From NCBI GenBank assembly GCA_965112735.1, contig OZ218951.1, forward strand, positions 4,216,001 to 4,280,000: 64,000 bases of DNA, written 5' to 3'. Under the pieces are notes generated by a model that was not told the DNA's origin, made no database searches, and worked only from the letters and a program-made list of their open reading frames with translations. Each line of letters opens with the position of its first letter. Positions within the stretch are counted from its first letter, which is position 1. Both the position numbers and the translations under genes were made by a program. Origin of the DNA: Phaeosaccion multiseriatum (lineage: Eukaryota; Protista; Ochrophyta, other classes). Below, piece by piece: positions 13,226-25,859 of the stretch.

Positions 13226-15225
13226 CAATAGTAATAGTAAAAAGTAGCAGGAGGAGGAGGGGGAGGAGGGGAAGAAAGAGGATGAGGGTCTGATCTTTTT
13301 CGTCGAAGGGCCCTGCACTTACCAGGTCTTGTGGAAGGCATGATGGCAGGGTAGACAGCAAATCTCCTCGCCCTCTTCGTACTCGCACAGGCAGATGATG
13401 CACTCCGACCCCCCCATGAAGTTTTGCCCTTGCATCCCGGTGCCGCCGCCCCCTTCGCCCACCTTGCCAGACCCACTCCTATTCGCAATCCCACCCCCGC
13501 CCCCGACAGTAGCAGCTAAGTCAGAGGCGAACGAGGCAGAGACGTCTTCCACTTCTTCCTCCTCCTTTGACTCGTGTTGTTGTGGGGATCCAGCGCTACC
13601 GAAGAAGGGAGGTGATGAGGCCGAGGGGTTAAAAGCCCGTGCGCCAGGGCCGTGTATTCTGCTGTCGTACCTGTTTGTTTGTTTGTTTGTTTGTTTGAGT
13701 GTCAGTTTGTGTTGGGATACACAAGGAGAGGAGGGAGGCGCGGGGGATGGCAGTGGACGCGCGGGGGGGGGTGGGGGAGGGAAAGAACAGGAAGAGAGAA
13801 TCGAGTCAGTCGGTCGGTCAGCGCATGCAACGAGGAGGAAGAGGCGCACAGTATACTTGCTTGGCGCCGATGGGGCTCGCATCTGATCTGCTCTTGCAGG
13901 GCTCTTGCCGTTTAAAAGCATCACAACACTCACTACTTTTGCTCACTGTGAACGAAACAAAGGAGCGAGCGAGCGAATAAACCAGCTTGCCCACTTGCCA
14001 CTTACTTGAAGTACACGAATTCTCTTCTCTTGTCCGTGCTGACGCCCCTTTGCTGCTCCATTCTGTCCTCTGTCGCATCTCCCCTCTGCAAGCACAGTAG
14101 TTGGTGATACAGCATAGCACACCAGTTGGTGATACAACACGGCACAGCAAGGAAGAAAACATAAAAGATACGACCAGCGACAAGAGGGGATTGATCCCAG
14201 CAACAACATACATGAGGCACCATTCCCGTCTCTTCCTCCCCTCCCTCACACGGACAAACTAACCACACTGTCGAAAAGGGAGGGCAGGGGTTTCATGTGA
14301 CCGTGAAGGGTTTAATTTAAGCATTGCAGAATCTCAAGCATCAACAGCAATCAATCATCCTCACTCACATACAGACTGCTCCTGTACAAGCAACCATACT
14401 CCTACTGATTCCTCCTCTTCCTCCCCCCGCACCGCACCCACGCACCCACGCACCCACGCACCTCCCTAACCGCCGACGACGCCCCGTACCGCATACGCAT
14501 CCTCCTTCTCTTGAGCATGGCGTACACGATGAACATGAGGAGGATGGTCCAGATGCCCACGTTTTGGTAGTTACCCGAGGAGAAGGCGTGGGCCTGTGTA
14601 TGAGAAGGGAGGGGAGGGGAGACAAAGGGAGTCAGCACTCGTATTTAACAATTTGCTGTTTGCATTGTGTGTGTGTGTGCGTGCATGTGTGTGTGTATGG
14701 GGGGGGGGGGGGGGGTAGAAGAGGGCGTTTCGTTGGGAGCGCAAGAGTACGTTACAAGACAGAACAGAGAGAGGACAACGGACAAGGCGACGCCAAAGCC
14801 ACGCACACAGGGAAAAGAGGCGAGACGCTCCTCTGCCAAGAAGGAAAAGGGCGGCAACTGTGGCAAATCCTAAGAACTGAAACTGAAACGGAAAAAAAGG
14901 GAAGGTGAGGCGCGCGGCGTGGACTGGGCCCAAGCCAGAAAGACCTACTCTCTCTCCCTCTCTCTCCAATCATTTTAAGAGCCTTTTCTCTCTCTCCCCC
15001 CCCCCACACACCCTCCCTCAAGTCACCAACCACGCGTGAGCCAACTCCAGATCTAGGGCAGGGGCAGCCAGGCTGTGTCCCTTTTGGGCTAACACGAACT
15101 GTTGTGCATAATACGCGACTCAAGCAACTCACCCATTCCTTGGCGCTGATGTAGACGAGAAACACCACCACAAGCATGGTGAGCCCGTTCAGCAGATCCG
15201 TGCACACACAATCTGTGCCCACCAT
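12873..15225 (-). CDS. Transmembrane RING-H2 E3 ubiquitin ligase (ATL-like architecture)
   Basis: Exons (minus) 15225-15133, 14869-14807, 14593-14462, 14085-14006, 13670-13323, 12978-12873 join in phase. CIICLCEYEEGEEICCLPCHHAFHKTCVMTWMDAHRVCPACR is a C3H2C3 RING; hydrophobic segments LTMLVVVFLVYI and VGIWTILLMFIVYAML are followed by KRRR. The start codon is tentative. Confidence 0.82.
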
Positions 15226-16537
15226 CCCCCCCCTCCTGCAGTCCGGGACAGAGCACGGGCAAGGTAGGCAGCACGGGAGAGATGCGGTTACTCGTGTGGT
15301 GAATGGGAGGGGAAGCGAGGGAGAGAGAAAGAGGCGCGGGGGCACGGGAGCGAGGGGCATTTTTCTTCTCATTCGGGAGGTTTCCCTTCCCCCCGAAAGA
15401 AGCTCAACGATCCACGCCAAGGGGATATCTTCCAGAGAACTTCCGTTCTTCACTCCCAATAGTCCCCAATGCTCCGACTGAGCCTCCTCCCTCACTTTTG
15501 TACTCTGTATGGCCCCCACCCCACCCTCTGCCGTGTGTGGAACCTCTTTTTGTGCCATGTTTTGTCGACCCGTGTCTCTCACCTGTGAGCCGCCGACGCA
15601 TCGTCCCTCCCGTAGTACTCCGCCTCCCCTTGTCGTTGCCTCCTCGCGAAGGACCTCGCTGCTGTCCCATCTCCTCTCTCCAATCCATCCTCAATTGGCG
15701 CGCTTGGCCCAATCACAACGAGGCCGTCAGACCTTCCCAACTCCCCTGTTGTTGGGAACTCCACCTGCCTCCCCGGCTCACCCGTCGATACGACCCAAAT
15801 ACTCGACATCTCCGACGCTCCGCTGAAGCTTCCCCGTACTCTTGAGGCGTAGGCTCCCTGCAGCAGCGGCAAAACTGTCTAAAGGTACACCAAAACGTAA
15901 AGATCACGGCACAGGGCGCCGCGCTGGCTTGAGATTTCTGTTCCGCAAACCTCAAGGAAGTGGTGTCTCCCTTTCCTTCTCGGTTGCTGGGCCTCCCTGG
16001 CTGTGTCCTCTTTCCACTCGATCACCACCGAGACCTTACAAGAGCCGCACTTGTCCTTGCTTCTGTGCCAAGAACTATATGGCCCAATTGGAAAAGAATC
16101 GGCAGGATGGCCCAAAAAAATCTGTGATTGGTGTGGAGCACCACCACCATCCCCAAGGGGGCTTTTTTCCTCCAATTTTTTTGACGGACCTGTTCTGGTT
16201 CCGTAGTAGTGGGCTTGCGTGGGAGACAGACAGAGCACCCTCCCCTCAATGACTCCATCCAATCTGGGCTTGCCTCTGCTGGTCCATCGCCTGCCATACT
16301 TTCCGTTTGAAATTCAGCCCCGTTTCGAGCGTTGGGAGATTTAACGACAAAGCACACAGGGCATCTCTTTGCAAATTGGGCAGCAGCAGCATCGGCAGCA
16401 CGCAAAAAAGAGAGGCAGGGCTGGAAGCCCGGCGTCTTAGAGTGCCCGAAAGAATGGGGGGTATAGCTGCTCCAAGAAGCTCAGGATAGCTTGCTTGATG
16501 ACTTGAGAGCTCTCCCCGGGCCGATAGAGCGTTAGCC

Positions 16538-17336
16538 ATGACGGCCCCCAGCCTGGCGCTGGCTCTTGCGGAGGACAATCTCTGTGAGGACCCTGCGCCC
16601 GAGGAGGGTATCATGGTGGAAGGAGCGGCAGGAGCAGCTGCAGAAGCCAACACCATCCTCCCTCCCAAGACGTCTTCGAGGCGGTCGGGAAAAACGGGGC
16701 ACCCGTTGGGCCGGGGAAAGAGAAAGCATGGGCGGCGAATAAGAAAGAGCTCAGGTGAGACGTCCTGCCATTCAGTGGCGTGGTCGGTGCATTATCGCGT
16801 GCAAGTCGACTGGACTGAACAAGTGTGTGCGTTTCTGTGTGTATTTACGTGAGGAGGGTCGAGGGCAGAGGGGGGGGAGGAGTTAGGTCGCTCGTAGGCA
16901 GACACAGTGCGCGTGTGGTGGAGCAAATACTCTTTGTGGGGAAGCCTCGCCGTATGTCCGTCTGGTCTCGCGCCCCCTCCTTGCTCCTGGCTGCCCGCCC
17001 ACCTGGGCCTCCGTGTCCCTCATTTCCTCCCTCCCTCCCTACTGGCATGTCATCGCACCGCACCACCCTCTCATTCAATGGCACGAAAAAAATGGAACAA
17101 TTGGGCTCTGTCTGGACCAACCAACCAACCAACCCGACCCAAACCAAATCAATCAGGCGTTGCGCGGAGGATGACCGGCGACGCTCTGCAGGACCTGTAC
17201 GTCCACCTCAAAGGGGCCGATTGGCACAAGAACAAGGGGTGGTTGGTGGAAGCCAGCGAGGTAAGTCAGCAGCAACGAGCGGCAGCAACGGGGGCAGGCG
17301 CGGGCGAACGTGGGCGGACACACACACAAACACACC

Positions 17337-17377
<41 letters not shown>

Positions 17378-17533
17378 GGAGAGAGGGAAAGAGAGAGAGG
17401 TTGATGGCTGACGGCTGGAGAGGGTGCGAGCGATGGTCCTCTTGGGTGGTGACTGTGGAGCTGTTCGTCCTAGGCATAGCTCGCTTTCCTTCTGGTGAAG
17501 CTCAACACAGACAACGACGACGACGACGACGAC

Positions 17534-17566
<33 letters not shown>

Positions 17567-18998
17567 TGAAGATGGCATGAGTCCTTAACACACTTCTGTT
17601 CTTCTGTTGGGGCTTGTCATCTCCCCCCTCCCCCCCTCCCCTCCCCTCCCCTCCAGCTGGCGAAGTGGCACGGCCTGAGTGTGCAGAGAGGCGTGGTGGT
17701 GGGGCTGACCCTGCCGTCCAATGGCCTCGTCGGGCAGCTACCGCCCTCCCTCGGCAACTTCGTCACCCTCGAGAACCTGAACCTGGCCTATAACCACAGA
17801 CTCGGTGGGCGCCTCCCGCCCTCCGTCGGCTCAATGAGCAGTCTGCGTGTGCTCCATCTCTTTTGCTGCGGTCTGGTCGGGCCCATCCCGGAGGCCGTGG
17901 GGCGGCTCTCCCGCCTAGAGGAGCTGTGGCTCAATAATAACGCCATGACAGGGCGAATCCCAGAGTCGCTGGGTCGATTGGTCCGTCTGAAGGAGCTGTA
18001 CCTGAACGGCAATGAGTTTACAGGCCGTATCCCTTCCAGCTTTCGCCGGCTCACCAAGCTGGAGGGGCTGAATTTGGGCTACAATCAATTACACGGCAGT
18101 TTCCCCACCTGTCTGGGAGAAATGACGAGCATCCGCTTGCTCGTGCTGGAGGGAAACACACGCATGCAGGAGGGCGGAAGGGTGATTCCCCCGCAAACGG
18201 GTGTGGGATTGGCTCGCTTCATGGCCCAGAAGAGATCGGACTTCCTCGCTGAGGTACGGTAGAGGGGATATAGTAGCACGGTAACGTCGTTAGATGGCGT
18301 TACACGGTTACACTGTAATGGGCCCAATGAGCTGTAACTGAAGAGCCACCCACTGCAGGCGCGGGGCGGGGGCGGCGGGGGCGGTGGGGGAAGGGGCGAC
18401 GGAGGGGCAAGGCGGGGCGAGCAGAGGAGGAGAGGGTGCTTGCGGCTGTGCTTTCGGGGCGGAGAAAGGACCCACAAGAGAGAAGGGAGCGGGGGAGTGT
18501 ATGCATACATATACTCTTTCTCCTTTTCTCTTGGTCGCTTACACGCCTCCACTCACCACCTCACCTGCCGCTCGTATTGTGCTGTGTTTTTGTGGTGTTT
18601 GCTTTGCCTGTTTGCTCTCCTGCGCCACCTGCTTTTCCTGCTCCTCCTGCTTCTTCTTCTTCTTCTTCTCCGCCGCCTCCTCCTCCTCCTCCTCCTCCTC
18701 CTCCCCCTCCTTCTCCTCCTTCCTCCTCTTCCTCTTCCTCCTCCTCCTCCTCCTCCTCCTCCTCCTCCTCTCCTCCTCCATCCTCCTCCTCCATCCTCCT
18801 CCTCCTCCTCCTCCTCCTCCTCCTCCTCCTCCACCACCTCAGATCTTGCGCCATACGGAGGCAGAGGAGCAGCGACAGGCGCTGGCGCGTCACGGGGTCA
18901 TGGATGCAATGTCGAGGGAGGGAGGGAGGGAGGGAGGCAGCAGAGGAAGAAGAGCATCGGGGATGGAGACGGAGTGGGTCAGGTGGGTTTGGGTGTAG
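16538..18998 (+). CDS. Leucine-rich repeat protein (24-aa plant-type LRRs with N-cap); probably the 5' part of an LRR-RGS gene
   Basis: Exons 16538-16754, 17157-17260, 17657-18253 and from 18843. N-cap ALQDLYVHLKGADWHKNKGW..LAKWHGL; about 6 repeats of LxLxxNxLxGxIPxSLGxLxxL. 18998 is the stop only if no further donor is used. Confidence 0.85.
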
Positions 18999-19236
18999 GG
19001 ATGATGGGAGGGAGAGAGGGAGGTAATTGGAGGGGAAAGAGAGGAGGAGTGGAAAATTTATTCCGTGGGGGAGTGGAGAATTTATTCCGTGCCATTTCTC
19101 TGTTATCGAAGCCAAGGAGAGGAGACTTTTTTGCTGGTGGATCTGCTTGTAATGAACGAATATTGGCCCTTTGTTTTCGCCTAACACCCACTCATCCTTG
19201 CGATACCCAACCCCATTGCCCTTGGTGCTCACGCAG

Positions 19237-22200
19237 GGGGATGGCTTCAGCACCGAAAGCGCAGAGCCGCGAGGAGAGAGGGGCGTGTCAGGAGGGTCCG
19301 GGCCCTTGACCGTTAGGGGTCGATCCGACAGCCACAGCATGGTGTCTGCGTCGACTCGCGTTACTCATTTGGGCTCGTCCACAGAGTCAAGCCCTTCCCA
19401 AGGGGTGGAGGAGCTGTGCCCTCCTCCCCCAGGGGTGGAGCAGTCGAGGCCTTCCCCAGGGGTGGAGGAAACGTGTCCTTCCCCCGGGGCGGAGGAGGAG
19501 TCTTGTTCTTCCCCAGCAGGGCTCAAGGAGCTGTGCCCTCCTCCCCCAGGGGTGGAAGAGTCGAGCCCCTCCCCAGGGGTGGAGGAGACTACCGCCTCAC
19601 CAAGGGTGAAGGAGTCCCGCCCTTCCTCAGGGGTGGGGGAGGAGTGCCCTTCCCCCCCCGGGCTGGAGGAACTGTGCGTCAGTGTGGACAGGGTCAGTCT
19701 AGAGGTGGTATGTGTCACCTCTGCTGCTGCTGCTGCCACCACCTCTGCCGCTGCTGTTGCTGTTGCCACCAAGCACAACAATGGCAGCAGCGTGGAGCAC
19801 CACCATGACAGGAATGGCGGGGAGGGTGGTGTGGGGGGTGATGAAGCCGCCGCAGTCGCAACGGTCGTGACGGAGCCCACGAAGTTTGACCTAATTGGGC
19901 CGGCGAGGGGGCCACGGGAAGCGGCGGCGGCTGCTTTCAGCGGGGCTGAGCAGACAAATAACGGAAGCATGCCGGCTCAAGACGAGGAGCCATCATCGAG
20001 AAGAGGCGAGGAGGAGGCATCAAGAAGAGAGGAGGGGGAGGAGGAGGAGAAGGAGGAGGCACGGAGAATGGAGGAGGGGTGGGGGGGGGAGGAGGAGGCA
20101 TCGAGAAGAGGAAAGGAAAAGGAGGAGGAGGAGGAGGAGGAAGAGGATGATGAGGAGGGGGAGGAGGAGGAGGAGGAGGAGGAGGAGGAGAAGAAGAAGG
20201 AAGAGGAGGAGGAGAAGGAGAAAAAGGAGGACGAGGAGGAAAAGGAGGACGACGGGGAGGAGGAGGAATCGAAACGAGGAGATGACGAGGAAAGGGAGGG
20301 GAAGGAGGCGCGGAGAGCAAGAGAGGAAGAGGAGCAGGAGCAACAACTGGGGGAGGCGGAGAGGCAGCGGCGAGATCATCTCGTTCAACTGATGCGTCGG
20401 CAGGAGGAGGAGCGCGCCGGACGAATGGTGGGAGGGTTGGAGGAGATGGCAGGGGGTTGGGAAGAGGAGAAGGAGGAGGAGGAGGAAGGGAGGGGACGGG
20501 GCGCCATGTTGGAATGGGCGGAGATGGTCAAGAAGGAAGGGAAAGGAGGACGTCGTAGAAGTGGCTCAGGAGCGACGACAATCTTCCTTGCACGAGACAT
20601 TTTCTCCAGCGGCAGAAAGGGCAGAAAGGTCAGAGGAGGAGGAGGAGGAGGAGGAGGAGGAGGAGGAGGAGAGGGAGGAGCAGGGAATATGCAGGAAAGA
20701 GACGAGGGACACGAAACGGAGATGCTGGACATGGCTGCATACTTTAAAGAGACGGAGCCGGTGGACGTGGCGACTTACTTTAGAGAAGCGGCTGAAGAGC
20801 TAGGTGGTGAAACACCTGGAGGAGGAGGAGGAGGAGGAGGAGGAGGAGGAGGAGGAGGAGCAGGAGCAGGAGCAGCAGTATCAGCAGCAGCAGTAGCAGG
20901 AGGAGGAGCCACAGCAGCAGGGCTTGACGCGGGGGGGGGAGACGAAGAGGAGGAGGGGCTTTCCGCTTCCGTCATTCCCCTTGCGCCCCCCCCCCTGGCA
21001 TCGACAGCAGGAAAGGGCTTCAGCGCGAGCCTGAACCCAAACCACTTCTCCACCTCCACCACGTACTCGGCGACTCCACGGGCCATCACCCCACCCACCC
21101 CAGCCAATCCTGAGGCCAGCCGCGATAAGCCCCGATGGGACTACCAACGGATGGGCTTCCTGAGCAAGAGCGCCTCTGCGCTAGCCACAGAGGAAGCAGC
21201 AGCAGCAGCAGCAGCAGCAAGCAGTGGAAGAGGCGGTAGTGGTGGTGGGGGCCGGGGGGGTGGTCACCGGACCTCCTCCTCATCTTCATCCTTCGCCAAG
21301 GCCCTCAAGGGACTAAGCTTCAAAGCCATGTTCATGCGGCATTCAATGGTAAGTAGTAGTCGCCATTTGCGAGTGGTGCGAACGAGTGATGAGTAGTGCC
21401 AGTTGTGGTGTAGCGAGGGGGGGGGGGGGAGAAGTTAAGGTGTAGTGAGAATGCTGCTGCTGCCTCACCACTTCCTTACGCTTACCGTACCTCTCGTCTT
21501 CTCTCGCCGCTGTCTATTTCCTCTTCCTCACCCTCTCCGCCCCTTTCCCCTCTCCACAGAGCAACTCAGCGTCGGATAATGGTGGGAGTGTGAGAGTCGG
21601 TGGCCAGCAGCAGGGACAGGCACACCAGGCAGCACCATTGTCCGACAACAACTCAACGATGAGAGACAAGGCGAAGGCCAAGGCCAAGGACAAGGGCAAG
21701 GGAAAGCAGCAGCACCGAGCCGATAAGAGGCAGGGGGCTGGGTTGTCTACCAAGCTGGGCTTCTCTTCGATGCTGCTTCCTCTCTCCCCCACCTCCAAGC
21801 GAAAGCGGTGGGGCGAGGACGAGGGGACTACGCCGTCACTGAGGAGGTGTGTGAGGGAGGGTGGGGTGATTGAGGAGGAGGGGTCGTGATTGATATGTGA
21901 TGAAACAAGGAAGGGAAAGGCAGGAAATACATGTTCTATTCTAGTGTTCATGGTGAGCTTCCTACAAGAGGTCCTCCAGCCTTTTGGTACTATCTAATTT
22001 TTCTGATTTTTCCCTCCTCCTCCTCCTCCTCCTCCTACTCCTCCTCCTCCTCCTCCTCCTCCTCCTCCTCCTCCTCCTCCTCCTCCTCCTCCTCCTCTTC
22101 CTCCTCCCCCTTCTCCTCCTCCCCCTTCTCCTTCTCCTCCTCCTCCTCCTCCTCCTCCTCCCCCTCCTCCTCCTCCTCTTCCTCCTACTCCTCCTCCTCC

Positions 22201-23193
22201 TCCTCCTCCTCCTACTCCTCCTACTCCCTCTCCTCCTCCTCTTCCTCCTCCTCCTCCTCCTCCTCCTCCTCCTCCCCCTCTCATGCCTTGAACGCTTGTT
22301 GTGCGTGTTCTGCCCTCTGCAGCAATGGTGTGTGGGGCCGCAAGTCTCTCGGTGGGTCGTCAGGAGCAGTAGGCAAGAACTTCATTGATTGCGCAATGAG
22401 CGAGGCCAGTGTGAGCAGCAGCAAACGGAGAGGCACCTTCAGCGCATTCACCATTACGCGCAGCTTGAGTCTCACCAAAACTCTACCCGCAACCTCGTCA
22501 TCTTTCCCGGGAGGAGGAGGAGGAGGAGGAGGCGGAGGAGGAGGAGGCGGAGGGGGCAGCGGGGACGGGGCGGAGGACGGGGAGGCCGGCGACATCGAAG
22601 ACTCTCTGCAGGAGAACCTACACACGAGCTTCATCGACATTTGCACAAGCCCCTACATCCTGCAGAAGGTCAGTGCAGTGCAGTGTAGCATAGTGTGTGT
22701 GCGTGTATACGTGAGTGATTGCCGAGCCGTCTCGCACGTTCTCCACCCGCACTTGGAAAGACTGACGTAACCCACGCACGCACACACACACGCGCACACA
22801 CACACACACACACGCACATGCGCATCATCATACATGCCCTTTTTCTTATCCCATTCTACCCTCTCTCCTCTCTTCTCTCCCCTCCCCAGATTGACGAGTG
22901 CCTGTCGAGGGGCACCGCTGTGCTGCCTTCCCTCGGACCAATCCTGGAACGGCGCTCGCAGGCACCGTTCTCTCTGCTCGAGTTCTGTCTCTTCACAAAG
23001 GCGGAGCACACGGACGAGAATGTGGACTTCTATCTTGCGGTGGAGGCTTACAAGAGGATCTTGCGAGGAGAGGCAGAGGGAGATGAGGAAGAGGCCAGCG
23101 AGGAGGAGAGAGAGGGGGAGGGGGAGGGGAAGGGGAAGAGAGGAGGGGGCGACAGGGACGGGGAAGGGGAGGGGAAGAGCCAACAACAACAGC

Positions 23194-23228
<35 letters not shown>

Positions 23229-23734
23229 GGAGGAAGGGGAGGAGGAGGAGGGAAGGTGGGGTGCGATGATGAGAGCGACCACAAGAGCGCATTCGGCGAG
23301 GACGAAGAGGGGCAAGAGCAGGGGCAGGGGCAGGGCAAGGAGGAGGAGAGGATTAGGGCGGAGCAGAAGGAAGTTCAGCGGAATAGGGCTAAGCTGAAGG
23401 CACTACGGCTCATCAAAGAGAGGTAGGAGGAGTGGGTTGGGGTTGGTTGTGGGTGGTGTGCTCAATTGAAAGGCACGACAGCACCAGTTGTTTGAGCCAA
23501 TTTTGTTCATAAACATCCTCCGCGTCCCCTCTCCCGTCTTGTTTGCTGTAATTTTGCTGTAACCTCTGCGCTGTCCAGATTCTTGAGTCACAGTTCGCCG
23601 CAGGAAGTGAATCTGTCGAGCACGGTCCGCAGCAGCACTTTGCGCAAGATCCATCATGAGCTTGCGGGCGGGAAATTCGAACGGACAGGCCGGACACCGG
23701 CGGCAGCAATACCAACAAGAGCAGTCGCAGCAGA

Positions 23735-23777
<43 letters not shown>

Positions 23778-25300
23778 GTAGGAGCAGCAGCAGCAGGAGC
23801 AGGAGCAGGAGCAGGAGCAGTAGCAGGCGCAGCAGTTGGTGATACAGCAGCAGCAGGGAGCGCGGAGGGCCTTCCCCGTGGTGGCAGCGACGCTGAGGGG
23901 GAGAGGGGGGAGAGCGAGTCCATGTGCTTCGCTGACGGTGACTCCGTCCTACCGGTAAGGAGGAGGAGGAGGAGGTGGCGGTGGTGGTGGTGGTGGTGGA
24001 GGAGGAGGAGGAGGAGCAACAGAGGAGGTGGGCGGAGGGAGGGGCTGGCTGGATGGATTGATGGACTGTTTCTCTTTTTTTCTTCCCCTCTCTCGGTCCC
24101 TTATCTGCTCCTCTCTTTTCTCTCTCTGCCTCTGCTCCCCTCCCCCCCCCCCCCTTCTCCTGAACACAATCGCTATTCCGATGTCGATAACGATAACAGG
24201 GGTCCGTGTATACCACAGCAACGGGAGGGTCTATCTTCCTGGGAGGCGAAGACGAGTCGTGTGTGACGCTCATGTCGTCATCTCAGGTCTCCATGGGCAG
24301 CCACGGCTACAGCGTGTCCACGTCCGGACTGTCGCCACACCACCGCAACCAGCAGCAACAGCAGCTGAGGATACAGGAGTTGGTGATACAGCAGCAGCAG
24401 TCGCAGGAAGAGGAAGAGGGCGTTGAGGTGCATGTGGTACATGAGGACGACGGTTTCAGAGTCGAAGAGGAGGAGGAAGAAGAAGAAGAAGAAGAAGAAG
24501 AAGAAGAGGAGGAGGAGGAGGAGGAGGAGGAAGAAGACGAAGAGGAAGAGGAGGAAGAGGAGGAGGAGGAGGAGGAGGAGGAGAAGAAGAAGGAGGAGGA
24601 GGAGGAGAAGGGAGGGGAGGGGGGGAGGGCATACGGCCCCAGCGGAGGAGCAGTGCAGGGGCTGGTCAGTCCGGAGAGTGTGTGTATCAGCCTGCCCCCG
24701 CTCAGCAGGAGCAGGGGCAGGAATGAGGGGAGGAGGGAGGGCGCCGCAGCAGAACAAGAGGAAGAAGAGGACGAAGCTGCCATTCTGTTCGACGAGGCCC
24801 AGCGGCAAATCTACTCGCTCATGAAGAACGATGTCTTTCCTCGCTTCATCGCCAACCGCTGTCGCACACTCAAGAACGTTGTGCGAGACGCTTCTGCTGC
24901 TGTATCCCTCATCAGCAGCGGAGGAGCGGCAGCGGCAGGAGGGGGAGGAGGAGGAGTAGGGGAAGTGGAGCGAGCAGTGGCGGTCTTGGCGGAAGGGCTC
25001 ACCGCAGAGGAGATGCGCGTGGTTGTGGACTTTGTGGATATCCTGCCGAGCCTCGCTAATGCCGACCCTGACCAACAAGCTGAGCCGCTCAGCCCCATGG
25101 TGCGGCACCAGCAGAAGCAGAAACAGCAGAAGCAACGGCAGCAGCAGCAGCAGCAGCAGTCACAGTTGTTGGTTCAGCCGGGTAGGGTGCACAGGAGGCA
25201 TGACACCAACTCATCCGACGGCTTGCCCCGGGGGTTCGCCCCCCTGAGCTGCGAAACGAACTCGCCTCCTTTCCCAAAGCTCACGTCATCACACACATAG
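19237..25300 (+). CDS. RGS (regulator of G-protein signalling) domain protein with very long acidic/Gly/Ala/Gln low-complexity tracts
   Basis: Exons 19237-21348, 21560-21846, 22323-22668, 22890-23422, 23579-23954, 24200-25300 join in phase. RGS signatures: FCLFTKAEHTDENVDFYLAVEAYK, RFLSHSSPQEVNLSSTVR, LFDEAQRQIYSLMKNDVFPRF. Confidence 0.8.
19402..19677 (+). repeat. Coding minisatellite, about 10 units of 27-33 bp (G-V-E-E-x-x-P-S/P-P)
   Basis: GVEELCPPPP/GVEQSRPSP/GVEETCPSP/GAEEESCSSPA/GLKELCPPPP/GVEESSPSP... in the 19171 ORF. Confidence 0.85.
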
Positions 25301-25310
25301 GAGCAGCAGC

Positions 25311-25365
<55 letters not shown>

Positions 25366-25859
25366 CAGCAGCGCAGCAGCAGCGGTTGGTACACGCAGTT
25401 GTGGTGTGTGGTTAGTTCGTTACGTGAGGTAGCGTAAGTTTTTAGTTTTTAGTGTTGTCGTTTAGTAGGAATTTGTCGTGTGGGCTTTGGATGGGGAGAA
25501 CGACGAGCGGGGAAGAGAGGAGCAGAGCCCTTTTTGAGCCTTCGGGCAATCAATCAGGACTCTCGTCTCGTCTCTCTCGTCTCTCTCGCCTCACACGCGT
25601 TAGGGTAGGAACGGCCCTTAGTCGGAAACAGCGTGAAATTAACGGGAGTTAATTAACGTTGGCAAAAGCTCGTCTAAAAATAGAAGGGAAGAAGAGGAGT
25701 AGTCGAGATGATATATTGTTCTAAATATATGCCTCACTCAGTACTCAGAAATGGATCTTCTCTTCGTTCTGAACCGCGCCATGGGAAGACAGACAGACAG
25801 ACAGAGAGACAGACCGACGGACTGAGACAACACCATCCACTGCCATCTACTGCTGCCTT

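Noticed and set aside
13855-13905. Extra RING-gene exon with a GC donor
   Set aside because: The flanking exons already join in phase without it.
18384-24824. Numerous poly-R/L/P/S/G ORFs in the ORF track
   Set aside because: Alternative-frame or antisense translations of microsatellites.
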